A stretch of 64,000 nt of DNA from Botryllus schlosseri (Eukaryota), in NCBI GenBank assembly GCA_051294905.1, contig CM119376.1, forward strand, positions 16,430,001-16,494,000, given 5' to 3'. Below, piece by piece: positions 1-12,500 of the stretch. A program made the position numbers and the translations under genes. Each line of letters starts with the position of its first letter. The first letter of the stretch is position 1. Under the pieces are notes generated by a model, which saw nothing but the letters and a program-made list of their open reading frames with translations, was not told the origin of the DNA and did no database searches.

Positions 1-1158
1 TGCAACACAAAAGGATGTGCTACCTGCGACAAATCAAAGCAGTACAGTAGATTATATTGAACTTTTACTCTCATGGGGCGATTAATCACCTGATGTGTCA
101 CTACCGTATGTTCCACCTAGTGTCACGCTCTTTCTTGCAATTTTGCAGACTAAAATTAAATATCATATTAGCCCGCAGCCTCACGCTCCGCCACCTCCGC
201 TGCTTTCGGTGGTTGGGTTGTATTTGATTGGAATTGGTCGGTTCGGTTCCCAAATTTTGGAAGGAAATTTGAAAGTCCGCAGAATCCGGCTGGAGAATTT
301 CCGGTTCTGCGTCCAAAAAACTTCTGCCAAAATCATGATATCGTATTTAAGATTATAATTAAGAATGTGGCCAAAATCCGACTGTCGAAATAAATTCAGA
401 ATCCGCATCCAGTCCGGCTGAAATCCTGCTACGACTCCGGCTTCAAATCCGGAGTGTAAACGAGAGGCCATTTCTCCCTTGCGAGTTCACATAAGTTTCG
501 GCGCGAAATACTGGCAGACAAAGCGCTCTCGTAATGGAGGCTTACAGCTACGCAGCCGTATGTTAGGTTTAGTTCCGTTCTGGAATTAATCGTGGTAAAT
601 TAAGGCTCAACCAACCATATTCCTTCAGAGGATTACTGAAAACTGAACTGTAGATGGTAATTTATATATGCTTGATACGAAACATAGGTATATAGTGTAT
701 GGTATAATGTCACAAAGTATAGAACTTGGTTTGCACTTTTGCGAATATCATATAAGCTATTGTGACAGTGCTGGATTATATAATATCATCAGATGGTGGT
801 CGCTAAAATCATTCATTATGATCGAATGTTCTTGTACTTTTGTCTATAATAGTGTAGTGGGAGCTCAGCTACAACGTGGTAATGCCCAGATATAAAATAA
901 GACGGGGGAAGCACAGACGTAGGCAGTACCAGAAAAAGTGGCTACGGTTCAAGCGAGCTAGAACCTCCGATTTGACGGGACGGATCGTTTCATGATCATC
1001 AAGTGAAATATGACACGGGCAATTGGACTCCGTACAAAATACGTATCAAATGCTCATCCGGTAAGTCAACTCATAATTTGTGAAGGTTTACCGTTACTCA
1101 GTACCAGTGTTGGGATGACTTGAATCATGACAAAAATGAGACTAGCATGTACCTATAC

Positions 1159-1559
1159 CAGTGATTCCCAACCGCGGCCTCGAGCTAGCCGTCTTGCGTC
1201 CCCCACAAAAATTTAAAGAAATCGATTTATGATATAAAATAAAATTTATATTTATAAAATTCTCTTGCTTAGCTTGGAGTCTGGAGTTGTTAATTAGGAT
1301 TGCAGAAAAGTTCTGAGTAGAGTGCTAACGTTATGTCACTACTGTATATAGGTATTGATAACTAATCTACGAATAGATGTACAACACGTGACTCACGGTT
1401 GAATACGCTGAGGCAAAACCCAGCAGCAGTTCTCCTTGATTTTACTCTATTTGGTGAACTTTTTATTGATCTAAAGCAGTCACGAATTCGTGCGGCCCCA
1501 ACTATATACTCTGAAATTCTAAATTTGGCCCTGACACCGAAAAAGGTTGGGAACCACTA
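1159..1559. mobile_element. hAT (Charlie-like) MITE
   Basis: Termini CAGTGATTCCCAACC ... GGTTGGGAACCACTA; TSD degenerate (acctatac/agctatgt). Confidence 0.55.
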
Positions 1560-2758
1560 AGCTATGTATACAGTTACTTGCGTACAGTATTTCATTAGCA
1601 GTTCTATGTTTGCGTGTGCGATACAATATCGTTTTTTCAAGTTTGTGCGAGTTTTCAAATTTGAGTAATTCTAGATCTAGTTGCGCTGTTTACAAATCCA
1701 GTAGTTTGATAAATCTGGAAACTTACCATCTATATTATCCATCTGTTTTAGATTTATGGGTCAAGGCCTTTCGTGATATGAGGGCAGTTGCAGACAATAG
1801 TAGCTTGCCCTCCGCTTCAGATAAGGACCTACACGGCCTCTAACCGAAAACGTCAGCCGCCAAAAGATTTTTTGACAAGTCCATGTCATCTGATAATCAA
1901 GGTATAGCCTACACTGTTATTCTGCCTAATATGTTATACGCAGAAGTGACATATGTATAACTTTCATACTTTGTAGATGATGCTGTTCCTTCAAAGAAAA
2001 AACGTAATCCAAGTATTCAGACACAAGGCATGCCTATACCAACTCCAAGAGTGCGGTCACCTCCTGATTCTTGCGATGAAAGTGTGACAAGCAAGAGTGC
2101 TCTTGTTAATGATGCTTCAAATGCAAGTTTGCCATCATCAAGTGAGGAGAGTGTTCAAGAACAGCATGATCCCAACATCGAATGTAGCGGCCAGTTGCAG
2201 GGAATCAACCAATGCAGTAAGCTCCTAACACTTTGATTCATTCTCGAATTTAAGCAATAGAGTCGCTCTATTTTCCAGACGATCCTTCATTTGTAAGCAA
2301 TGTTGAACTGCAAAATTCTGACTGTCAACAACAAGGCCTATCACAAAGTAATGGTAAGTTTATCGCATATGATCAATCCAGTTTTCTTGAATTCAAATAA
2401 TTTTTTAGCTCCTCCATGTTCTTCATCAACTCCAACATCTGCACACAGTGACCACTCTATATATTTCTCTGATGCGTAAAGACATCAAAGCCATCAAGTT
2501 GCAGATGAACCAGATGATGGACCTCAGCTCCAAGCAGATGAACCAGATGATGGATCTAATTAAAGGTCACATCATCAACGACTCAAAAAATAAACACAGT
2601 ACTACAGCCCCAATCTTGCTTGAAGATCTTATTGAAAACCCCTGTCAAACCGTATCTCAGCTGGAACGACTGGAAAAGAACTTGACTGACGGCGATTGCA
2701 AGAAATCTGAACTGGTATGATTTTGTCGATTAGAGCAAACTTAGCCGGGGTATCTAAC

Positions 2759-3436
2759 CAGGGGCAGGCAGCATACGGCCCGCAAAGTGATTTTGTCCGG
2801 CCCGCCGACAGTTTTCTGTCCTACATGATAATGCCCCGCCCCAGTTTGCCGAGATTCCTCACTAATTCCATAATACGTCAAATTTTAGTGACTGTGTTGT
2901 TATATTATACGTGTATGCGCAGCGTTGCGAGAGTGGAGCTTACGCGTAAGTTCGTTGAAGCGAGAAGACTTTCATTATCGGCATTGACGATGCAATCAAA
3001 CCTAATGTGGTCTGTGGTAATCATGATTTTTGTCGACTACAATGGTCAGCAGGCTGATATTTCCTATTTTTGATTCCGTGACCGCCGACTTGTAGCACGG
3101 CACACTTCTAGGATTTTGTAAGGCACCGCTTATGCCAGGGGCGCCAACTCAAAATGAGTTGCAGGCCACTTTTCGAATTTGGTAGAGGACGCAGGCCGCA
3201 TGAATTCAGTATCGAGATTGCCTACATGACAATGTTATTCTCAAATCCACATTGTATTCTCCATTATCGGCGAGAAATGGCTTTGAAGTGACATTGCTGT
3301 CGTTAAAATACATTCATTAGATACGATATATTCCTTGTGGATAAATGGACGAATAATGCATCGATTCAGCAATCCGGTGCCCAAGTACTTAATTTTCCTA
3401 TATCCGGCCTGCCGACTGGAGAAGTTGCCCACCCTG
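2759..3436. mobile_element. hAT MITE, same family as 27524-30373
   Basis: Termini CAGGGGCAGGCA ... TGCCCACCCTG with flanking atctaac repeat. Internal segments 2915-2990 and 3225-3430 match 27690-27770 and 28862-28927+30211-30373. Confidence 0.75.
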
Positions 3437-4001
3437 ATCTAACCTCTCGTCAAGATCAACGTTCCATCAAGTTATTTGATGATTATGCAGGCGCGTAGCC
3501 AGAGGGGGGTTTGGGGGTATAATCGTCATTTATGCATGTACTTTACCATGATGAATTGATGCTATATTAGTGAATTCGAAACCCTAGTTATTTTTTAGGC
3601 TGATCTAGTTATTTTTCATTCTGGTACACACCACTATCGTAATGCAGAGTCATTTGTATTTTGTACTACAGGTATCTGCTTTGAAAGGACTTCACGGTGA
3701 ACAATTGGCTTCAACGGTCAGAAATATCATGACAAGCATAGCTGTAAAAGATGTGTGGCAATTGTTCAGCCTAAAAGGTCAAAGAAGCAAAAATGGACAA
3801 AAAAGAAGTTTTCAAAATTTTAATCTTTACAAGACTATTACACGTAAGTTGTTACTGATATTACAATCGAGATTACAAAACCCTCGATAACAATGCCTTC
3901 GAGAGCATTTTTACAGAGTTAAAAGTATTTTGCTTTCCCTTCTTGTGAAAGATCATCGCAGCTAAATTGCAAATCGTTGCTGACCACACAGCCTTATAAG
4001 C

Positions 4002-4442
4002 TAGGCTTACCATACGTCCTCTTTTAAGAGGATTTGTCCTCTTTTTTTACTTTCTTGAAAGTGTCCTGGGAGGACGCCCTTTTGTCCTCTTTTTCGAGAT
4101 TTTGTCCTCTTTTTTGAAAATTTAGGTCAAATTTAGAGGAAAATGCGAGTGATATGCCGCAAATTAGCGCAGAAGTGAAGCTCCGGTGGGTATTTCGGAA
4201 GGAAAAGCGGTGATTTTAGCTCTGAGCGAAAAGAAGACCTTTTTTTTTTCTGGCAATGTGGAGAGAAAAACGTTATTTCGAGCACTGAGCGGAAGTGATG
4301 ACTTTTTTTTTTTTTTTTTTTAGTCAACCGATCACGAAGTGGGAAAAATTTACCGGTTTTTGAGAATTCTTCTCCAGTTTTGCATGTCTGAAATTTCTGA
4401 AAAAGTGTCCTCTTTTTACATTTCCAAAATATGGTAAGCCTA
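4002..4442. mobile_element. hAT (Tip100/Arthur-like termini) MITE, family A
   Basis: TIR TAGGCTTACCATA ... TATGGTAAGCCTA; TSD ttataagc/ttataggt; reverse-oriented near-identical copy at 8390-8764. Confidence 0.85.
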
Positions 4443-4449
4443 TTATAGG

Positions 4450-4964
4450 TAGGGCTGGGCACAATGATTCGCGTACTCGAATCTGAATCGAGTCTTAATT
4501 TTAATGATTCGAGTCGAGTAGTAAAATACGATTTTTTCGAGTAGTTAAATTATACGCTTCTCGCCACTGAAAGTTAATTTACCAACGAGAATTCTAGTTT
4601 CAATATTAATTTTCACTGTTGAAGCCTTGAAACCTTGATTGGCGGTATTGTAGCTTACGAAACATAGTACAAACCTACGGAGGTTACTGGACGTAGCTCA
4701 TTTACGAAGTCATGATAATCCCACAACATTTTCACCGAGTGGAATGAAATCGGTATGGTCGGTAAAATACCAAAGTATCTTTTACGAGATGGATAACCGG
4801 CATTGTATTCTTTGTGGTAGCAAAAACGGTGCATATTTGAACTTGGACGTAATACATTCCGTTATGACGTCATAATGGGTGATACTCGATTACTCAACTC
4901 GACTCGAAGCATATTACGTGATTCAGAATCGAATCACTCAGGTACTCGATTTTGCCCAGCCCTA
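4450..4964. mobile_element. hAT MITE, family B, inserted into the right TSD of family A copy
   Basis: TIR TAGGGCTGGGCA ... TGCCCAGCCCTA; TSD attatagg/attataag. Confidence 0.75.
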
Positions 4965-7106
4965 ATTATAAGCCCTCGTTTGAAGTCATCTTCTACTGAC
5001 ATTGCCGACATGGCAAAATCACAAACAAGTGCGATGATTGCGCAACTCGGTGTTGAGTCTGGAATGTTTTGAAATACCAATTTTGACACTATGGGGTGAT
5101 CACATTCGAGAGAGATTGTTACCGCTGGCGGAGATTCCGATTTGCCGCATTGTTTTGTAATGCAGCCCCTGATCAACTTATATTATCTTTGAAGGAGCAT
5201 GTAAAGTGGCTAATCCTACTGCCGAGAGTACAACAATTACAACCAAAGTGGGACGATTTCTAACTGTTATTGGAGCTTGCAAGGTAATTTTGTTTATGAA
5301 TCTGACGTCTGTGCGACAGCTGCGTTCTTTATCATATCATTTGACAGTAAGTGAATCGTTGCTACCTCCAGGGCCGCTACCATTCATCTTCAGAACACTA
5401 TACCAGTGGTTCCCAAACTTTGACGTGATCTAATTTAAAAAAATTTATAGTCATTTAATTTTGTCAAAATTGTTGGTCTTGCTTGCATAAATTTTTGATC
5501 ATCTCGTTACACTTGCTCAGATTTAGCGGTGGAACCAATGTCTCCAAAACTTTTTTGCCAATAATCCGTCACTCATTTCAAACTCCTTTCAATTCACATT
5601 TCTACACGGGAAGCAAGTTCATCCTCAACTGGTCGCATTCGTACCGCGTGGGGGGCTCAGATTGCTATTGCCTGACCCATGTTCCCTCTAAGCTACACTG
5701 CGCACGTGCGCAATTGCACAGTGCTTAGTTGGTCTCTGCGCACAGAAAAAATCTGAAGTGATGTCATTTTTTTTAGTCGTTATGCACTACTGTGAGTTGG
5801 TGAGTGTGTGCAGACTCGTCAAAAATTAGAGGGAGCATTGGGTCGGCTAATTCGGTGGCGAACAAGATGTATGGCAAATATGGCTCAATTCCAACGTGTA
5901 GATGTCAAATCATTGAGATACAAAATTAGGGATTTGATACTTCGCTGGTATATATATTAGGTACATTTTACAGCTAGCTATAGTATCCCGTTCACCAAAG
6001 AAATGTTTGAAGCTGGCCCAGAACGATAACGATGAGTTATACGATCTTCCAGGGCCATCACACTTCAAACACCCAATTAGGGGAGCTCGACTGAACCCAA
6101 AATTACTTTGTTTGTCGTTTGTTGAAGTAGATTTTTGTCGTGCTTTGCGCGATTTTTTGTCCCTGTAGGTCTACATTTAAATATGATTAGTAAGATAAAA
6201 AGGTGCTCATAATAGAGAAATATGCAAATTGGTGGTGGCGATTACCACACATTAAAAAGGACTACGACTCTACTCTGTGGTAAGAGATGGGTCTCGAGAA
6301 CATTTTCAAACCCGAAAATGGACCACGGCCAAAAGATGGCTGAGAACCCCTGGTTTATTAGCTTCTATATGTTGGAATTGAGCCAAATATGGCGCGCAGA
6401 GTTGAATCGACAATTTCGTCGAAGTAGATGGTAAAGTTTGACTTGGCTGTCACACTCCACCAAGTTCGTCGTGACTTCCTAAAGACGGTTCGGAATCCTT
6501 GGATGAATGTGACTTGACATGACCGTCCCACATTACTCACAAACAAACACATATAATGACTATTGCTCTACTGCTAATCAATCAAAGTAATCAATTCATT
6601 TATGTTATAGGACGACGATAAAGGAGAAAACAGGAGCAAGACTGTTATCGAGGAGGCAGAAGTATTGGCTGAAGTGATTGCACAGTTCTGTATCAAGGCC
6701 CAATTCTTGCTAACGTATTTTCTTCATCCATGTTTTTTTTCGTGTTTTGTACTGATTTCATACAGAACAGAAAGCCATATACATGCTGATTTTTAAAATT
6801 GGCAATTAGTTTCCCTTCTGAACAAAAAGGCCTACCTCTTGCTGCCTACTTCTTGCTAACGTATGTTATGTCAGGGACTATTATTTTACCTTCATTCTTC
6901 ATCCATTTTTATTCCAATTTTTCGTCGAGGTCAAGTCCAGTGCATTTTTTTGTATTTTGAACTGGTACAATACAGAACAAAAAGCCATACATGATTTGTA
7001 AAACTGAGGATTCGTATTCGTTCATGTGTGAAGTGCAGCATATAGCAGGTTTAGCCAACCAGGGTTCAGGGTCACACAGGGTCGAATTGTACAAAAAATA
7101 TCTTAT

Positions 7107-7235
7107 AGGATATCGTTGAGGATGTTTATCAGGATATCTTTGAGGATCTCCATCAGGATATCTTTGAGGATGTTTATCAGGATATCTTTGAGGATGTCTA
7201 TCAGGATATCTTTGAGGATGTCCTACAGGACGTCT
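7107..7235. repeat. 24-bp minisatellite, ~5.3 copies (AGGATATCTTTGAGGATGTTTATC)
   Basis: Tandem units directly visible. They lie ~100 bp inside a GTGTTTGCTGGG terminus (~7339-7350), so they are probably subterminal repeats of a DNA-transposon end. Confidence 0.85.
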
Positions 7236-8157
7236 TATATATATCCATTTCTGTCGACAAATGTATATATTTTGCACTTCATTGAAGGACATCTTTTGAA
7301 CTCATGGAAGATGTTTAAAAAATATCTTTAATAAGTTTTGTGTTTGCTGGGAAACTGTTAGGCATTAGGTAGACAGTGGATTTCTATTGATAAGATCGCG
7401 GCATGCGCCCGGAAGTGGAATTAATTCAAGCCCAGGGGTGGCCAACCTGCGGCCGTAGAAGGAAATTTGTACGGCCATCAACACGTAACTCAATTAGTAT
7501 GTGCTGGCGGCCGTCGACATGCAAATTGAATTTACGAATTGACCGATGTACTACCGAAATGCTTCGCGAACGTAAATCGGGAAATGCACCAATGCCGCCC
7601 AAATCGCTCTTTTAATCTGCAAATAATTGCCGCGATGCGAGTTGGTCAACGCCAGGGATATCTCTGGGTCAACGCGAAGCAAGAAACAGCAAGAGACAAT
7701 TGCTGATTGGCAGCGCGATTTCGCGTTTGTAATCATCAGTATTGTCTGCTTGAAATATTCGAGAGTTGTCATGTGTTACTTGGCAGGCCAGTGCGTAGTG
7801 TATTTCGTAACTCACACGGGGCGTTGCACGCTAATAACATTGATGCAGTTCCAGATTCTCAGTGACCTGAATTCTGATTTTTGTTCGATGAATTCCGTCG
7901 GACGGACTGGTAGCGCAAGCCGCAGTTACACTTTCGAATGATCGTACCGTTTTAAGATTCCATCTAATAACTCGACTGCATGGTTTGATATTGATGAGTG
8001 CAGGGTCGATATTAAAACGTCATGCGGCATGTAGTAAAGAGCGTTTTAGTGCGACGATGACGTCATCTATATGGAACAATTATGACGTCACAAGACTTCG
8101 CTACCACGCAAAAAAATAAAAGTCGGCGCCTATGTCCAATTGTCCATGAGTTATTGC

Positions 8158-8291
8158 AAAACATTGCTCTATCAAATATGCCGGACCTGACGTGTGGAAC
8201 AGTATTCCGCCGGCTATCCGACAGTCTACGAGCATGTCCATCGTCCACATTCAAGTCGAAATACAAGTAATTTCTACTAAATGAATACTAG
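8158..8291 (+). mobile_element. 3' fragment of CR1/L2-group LINE ORF2
   Basis: Encodes KHCSIKYAGPDVWNSIPPAIRQSTSMS...FKSKYK*FLLNEY*, clearly homologous to the C-terminus of the LINE ORF at 34202-34650. Confidence 0.8.
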
Positions 8292-8389
8292 TCAGTCATC
8301 GAATGTTTCACCTTCAGCTACATCATACGTTTAATTTTAAACCATTAGGACAGTCCTCTGCTGTTGGTAAAGCAAAATTCGCCTTATGC

Positions 8390-8764
8390 TAGGCTTACCA
8401 TATTTCGGAAATGAAAAAAGAGGACACTTTTTCAGAAATTTCAGACATGCAAAACTGGAGAAGAATTCTCAAAAACCGGTAAATTTTTCCCACTTCATGA
8501 TCGGTTGACTAAAAAAAAAAAAAAAAAAAAAAAAAGGTCTTCATTTCGCTCAGACCTGAAATCACCGCTTTCCCCTCCGAAATACCCGCCGGAGCTTCAC
8601 TTCTGCGCTAATTTGCGGCATATCACTCGCAATTTCCTCTATATCTGACCTAAATTTTCAAAAAAGAGGACAAAATCTCAAAAAAGAGGACAAAAGGGCG
8701 TCCTCCGAGGACACTTTCAAAAAAGAGGACAAATCCTCTTAAAAGAGGACGTATGGTAAGCCTA
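8390..8764. mobile_element. hAT MITE, family A, recent copy
   Basis: TIR TAGGCTTACCATA/TATGGTAAGCCTA with perfect 8-bp TSD CCTTATGC (8382-8389, 8765-8772). Confidence 0.9.
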
Positions 8765-9502
8765 CCTTATGCTGTACAATTTCGGTCTCCCGCAGTTTCT
8801 AGATATTTTTTCCGCGGGGCCAGGTTGAGCGTCCATAATTTATCGTTTTTCTTTACCATCGGTAACTTGAAGTTAATTTTCCCACCATATTAGCTATACC
8901 CGCTACGAGGCTTCATCCTCTTTCGCATTAAACTCATAAATTAGGGAGTTCTGCTGCTTCCTCGTTCTAGACTTAGTTTCCACTATGAGATCTATCCAGT
9001 ATCCAGGTCAAAGTCTGACTGTTCCGCATTTTCCTGTTTCAGCGCTTTAGGAATCTAGGTTTCCCGTAGTTCCCACGTTTTAGGGGCCATTTCCGCTATT
9101 CCTCCTTTTAGGGTTACCCGAAAGTAAGGCCTATTTCGTTATCCTCCCAGTCCACTAGAGTAACATAAATACTCACTGCGCTAACTTGCAAACACACCGC
9201 ACAAGGAAACAGTGTAAAAATTTTGTATTCAACAAACCCTTACAATGGAAATCCTGTTTTCAAAAATACGTTTCTAGATTATCAAGTCGCTACAACACGA
9301 CGTAGCATCCGAGTCGGAAAAATTTGGAAAGCTCAGAAACAATGAAACACCGAGAACGTAACAAACTTTTCACAAGATAATTAATGCCGAAAATGAACAG
9401 TTTGCTGTACGCAGAATAATAAGCGAGGAAGCCGACTTCTATACAGAGGCAATCCGCGTCTTAAATTTACTAATGAGTAGAACAAAAGCAAGGAAGAATT
9501 AA

Positions 9503-9587
9503 TCACTGCTCTTTCTGCGTGCCCGGCTTGAATTCGTCCTTATTTTTCAACAAGTAAGCAGCCAGATATTCAATGGGGTTTGGTGGC
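9503..9587 (-). CDS. DPY30: DPY30 last coding exon ([17 protein letters not shown]...EQ*)
   Basis: Acceptor ttttccag, phase 2; stop TGA at 9505-9503. Confidence 0.93.
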
Positions 9588-12500
9588 CTGGAAAATATCA
9601 GATGTTGATGATAAAAGCATTCCCTGATTTGTTTTCATTGCAAGGCAAACTGATGAAAAGTTCAGGATAAATCTCGAGAAATTACTGCTTGGTGATAGCA
9701 ACCTGCCTCGACACAGCGCGCAGAAAATGCTACCAAAAATCTTAGATGCGACATGCGAGTCAATTCTGCTATGGTGAAGACTTGAGTTGCGTGATCACTG
9801 GCATCGATTGTGCGGTCAATATAAAGATTCATCAGGAAACAAATCCTGATGGTATTTTGTATGGATTACTTGATTGCTTAGCAAAAAAAGTATCTAGGAA
9901 CTAGTTGTCTTTTTCACAAGGAGTCAAAGGCAATTGAAAATAGAGTTTGCGTTTTCCTGTGATTGCATTCAGCGGATGGAGTTTAAAGAATGTAGCCCAA
10001 GTAAGCAATGAAAATCTGACATTGGAGTTGACTAATCCAAACATTGAAAATCGTGACAGCATGAAATGATTAACTAAAAAGTTACTAGGTGCAACAGATT
10101 ATCTTATAAGCCTATAACGTTAATTCAACTAATATAGCTGCGAAAAACTTCACATTGCCGATATCGGCAGGAATGACGATTATATTTCCTCACCTTTCTT
10201 TCGCAAGTGTAGCTAATCCTGACAGCAGTATAGGAACAACAGTTTGGTCCAAGTAGGCTCTCGTTGGCATAGATTGAAGCTCCACCATTTTGGGGGTTTT
10301 ACTTGCTGCTTCCTTCTCTTCCTTGGCTACCGACTGGAACGAATGAACAGTTACTCAAAATCTGCCATTAAAAGTAACCACATCCACTGAAACTCACCTG
10401 GACAGACGCAACTGGACTTGGTTCAGTGGTCTGGCTAGGCTCCTGAAACACGAAAATTTGCTTTGATTCAACATATTAGAGTCATTCAGTCCAGCAGGAT
10501 GAAATCAACACCAGGATGCACAAGTCATAGGCCCAGGGGCGTAGACAGCCGAGAAAAACGGAGGATATTTAAAGAAAAGGGAGGGGGGGGGGCAATTTTC
10601 CTAACATGATATGTTTTTACTACTGGCCAAGCGCGGTAAAACAGGACAATCAGCAGATGCGCTAGAGGCCCGAGACACCAAAAGTCTGGAAATTCAGAAA
10701 CCACAACTAAATCATTGAAAATTGGATCAATACATGATAGATTTCACATCGGACATTTGATGAGTACAATCTGTTATGGTACTATAGGGATCAGCTGTCT
10801 CTAATAATACCAGCGTAGGTCGCATGCCTATTTGAACGCGCAATGGCGAGGTCTTCGACTGCAATGTAACATGATGCTCTAATTACTCCCTGTTACAGAC
10901 AAGAGATGGATAGGAGAAAAAAGGGTATCGTTGCATTTATTGTTCTGTGAAAACGCACCTTGGGCATCTAATCACTAATGAGCATTTGAGCAATTATACT
11001 AAGACATAGCAGAGTGCTAGATTTCGGATTCAAGAGCTATATTTGAGCTTGGGAATGGGGATATTGGACACCGATGACCTCCCCCTGTCTACGCCTTTGG
11101 ATAGGCCACACACTCCTGTCTACAGTGATAGAAATATATTTCTGAATAAGGTTCAATTAAACGATTAAATGAAGTAGCATTCGGTATTTTTCCGATCTTT
11201 CAAATGCCGAAGTACCAAAAGCGAACCTTTTTTGTTACCGTATCAGGGATTAAATATCACATTGTTGTGATACCACATAAAAAAAAAACGTTATATAAGG
11301 TGAAAAGTATCCATGATAATAATCTTCAGACTAGCAACAACTGACACATCATATATTTCAGTTGCAAGATAGCATATTGATGAAACATGTCTGGTGAGTC
11401 TGAGTGTATGAATGAAACAATATGAAACTTCACATCTAATATGTAATCGAGTGCTATTGCTGTTGCACTTGGAGAATTCAGCACAAATTAAACTCATTCC
11501 AAGTTCAAGAAACATCATCTCTTCTCTCGCAGGCGGCCACGTGCCCCAGTTTGAGAACCACTGCTCTACAGGGTTGGAAGTAAATAATTTTAGTCTACCA
11601 ATGACAAGGATTTGAACCGCTGGTACCATACCTGTGCGGGTGCTGGTGCGGGTGCAGCCTCTGTCTGCATTGGCTCAGCAGCTGGTGCATTTGCTTCTGT
11701 AAATAGAGTGAGCAAAATGGTTTTGCGGAGTTTTTTTGGCGTCAAAACACTCAATTTATTGCAGAGCATGCCAAAGACAATTCAATTCATTTCATCATTT
11801 CAATACACCTCAAGACATCGATACAATGAAAGATAGGAAGGTGACGAAACGACTTGGAGTAGTCCCTCGAAATCAGACACCCACCTGGCCTAGGTGATGT
11901 AAAAAATGAGGCATGCACAATGAATGAAAAGTAAAAGAAGATGATATGAAAGGACCGGTGACAAAAAAGGTGGCATGTGTCGGAAGGTGAGATCAATATG
12001 TCAGGTCGTGGTCCGGCAAACTAGAGGGCTAACTAAAAATGCATATTGGAATGTGTCAATGAAAATAAACGCTTTGGAATATTAGTGACAAATGCCAAAG
12101 AACGTGACTATGCTGGTGGGCTCATTACAAATCCAACTGGTGAAGTAGAGAGATGGAAGCAAAACTTCACCGGTAGAGCCTATTGAGGTAATAACACTAT
12201 TTTTCAGATTGCCCAATAAGTACGGAATGGTTCATGGCAAATTCAGCCAACAGATGCTGTTCAAAACAATCTTTTGGAAAGACAGGCCACACCAGAACTA
12301 CTCAGTACGTGAGTGGTGTCAATGCAGTCCCAGCATACTTCCAAAGCAACATAAGCTACTACTAATGACAGTATTTGCATTTGCAGTGATCGCTATTTCA
12401 CAGAAATCAATTCATAGCATTTCTGGTGGGCCAGACGACATCTTTTTCCAGTCGCTCACATGCAATTGGCGAAGTTCGGGTAAATACCTGGGCCACACAT

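Larger units (their letters stand above)
853..5283 (+). pseudogene. Degenerate multi-exon DUF4806-domain gene (probably a transposon accessory gene)
   Basis: GT-AG-bounded exon remnants at ~853-1060, 1752-1901, 1977-2216, 2279-2353, 2409-2714, 3672-3843 and 5195-5283. They join to ...NWTPYKIRIKCSS|DLWVKAFRDMRAVADNSSLPS...PCQTVSQLERLEKNL...EL|VSALKGLHGEQLASTVRNIMTSI...FSLKGQRSK...KRSFQNFNLYKTIT|RACK..., which resembles DUF4806 proteins. There is an in-frame TAA at 1841-1843 and a 1-nt frameshift in the 2409-2714 exon. Domain call is by eye. Confidence 0.65.

Noticed and set aside
5880-6720. Exon-like fragments (MAQFQRVDVKSLRYK…, DDDKGENRSKTVIEEAEVL…)
   Set aside because: Could not be joined in consistent phase; no family recognised.
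6909-7331. Overlapping ORFs with RHPQRYPD / ISLRM repeats; CRISPR-like periodicity
   Set aside because: Products of a 24-bp minisatellite with no unique spacers; eukaryotic context.
9300-9900. Plus-strand frames that looked like a decayed retroviral gag
   Set aside because: They are the antisense of the DPY30 last exon, intron and 3'UTR; no LTR, PBS or pol.
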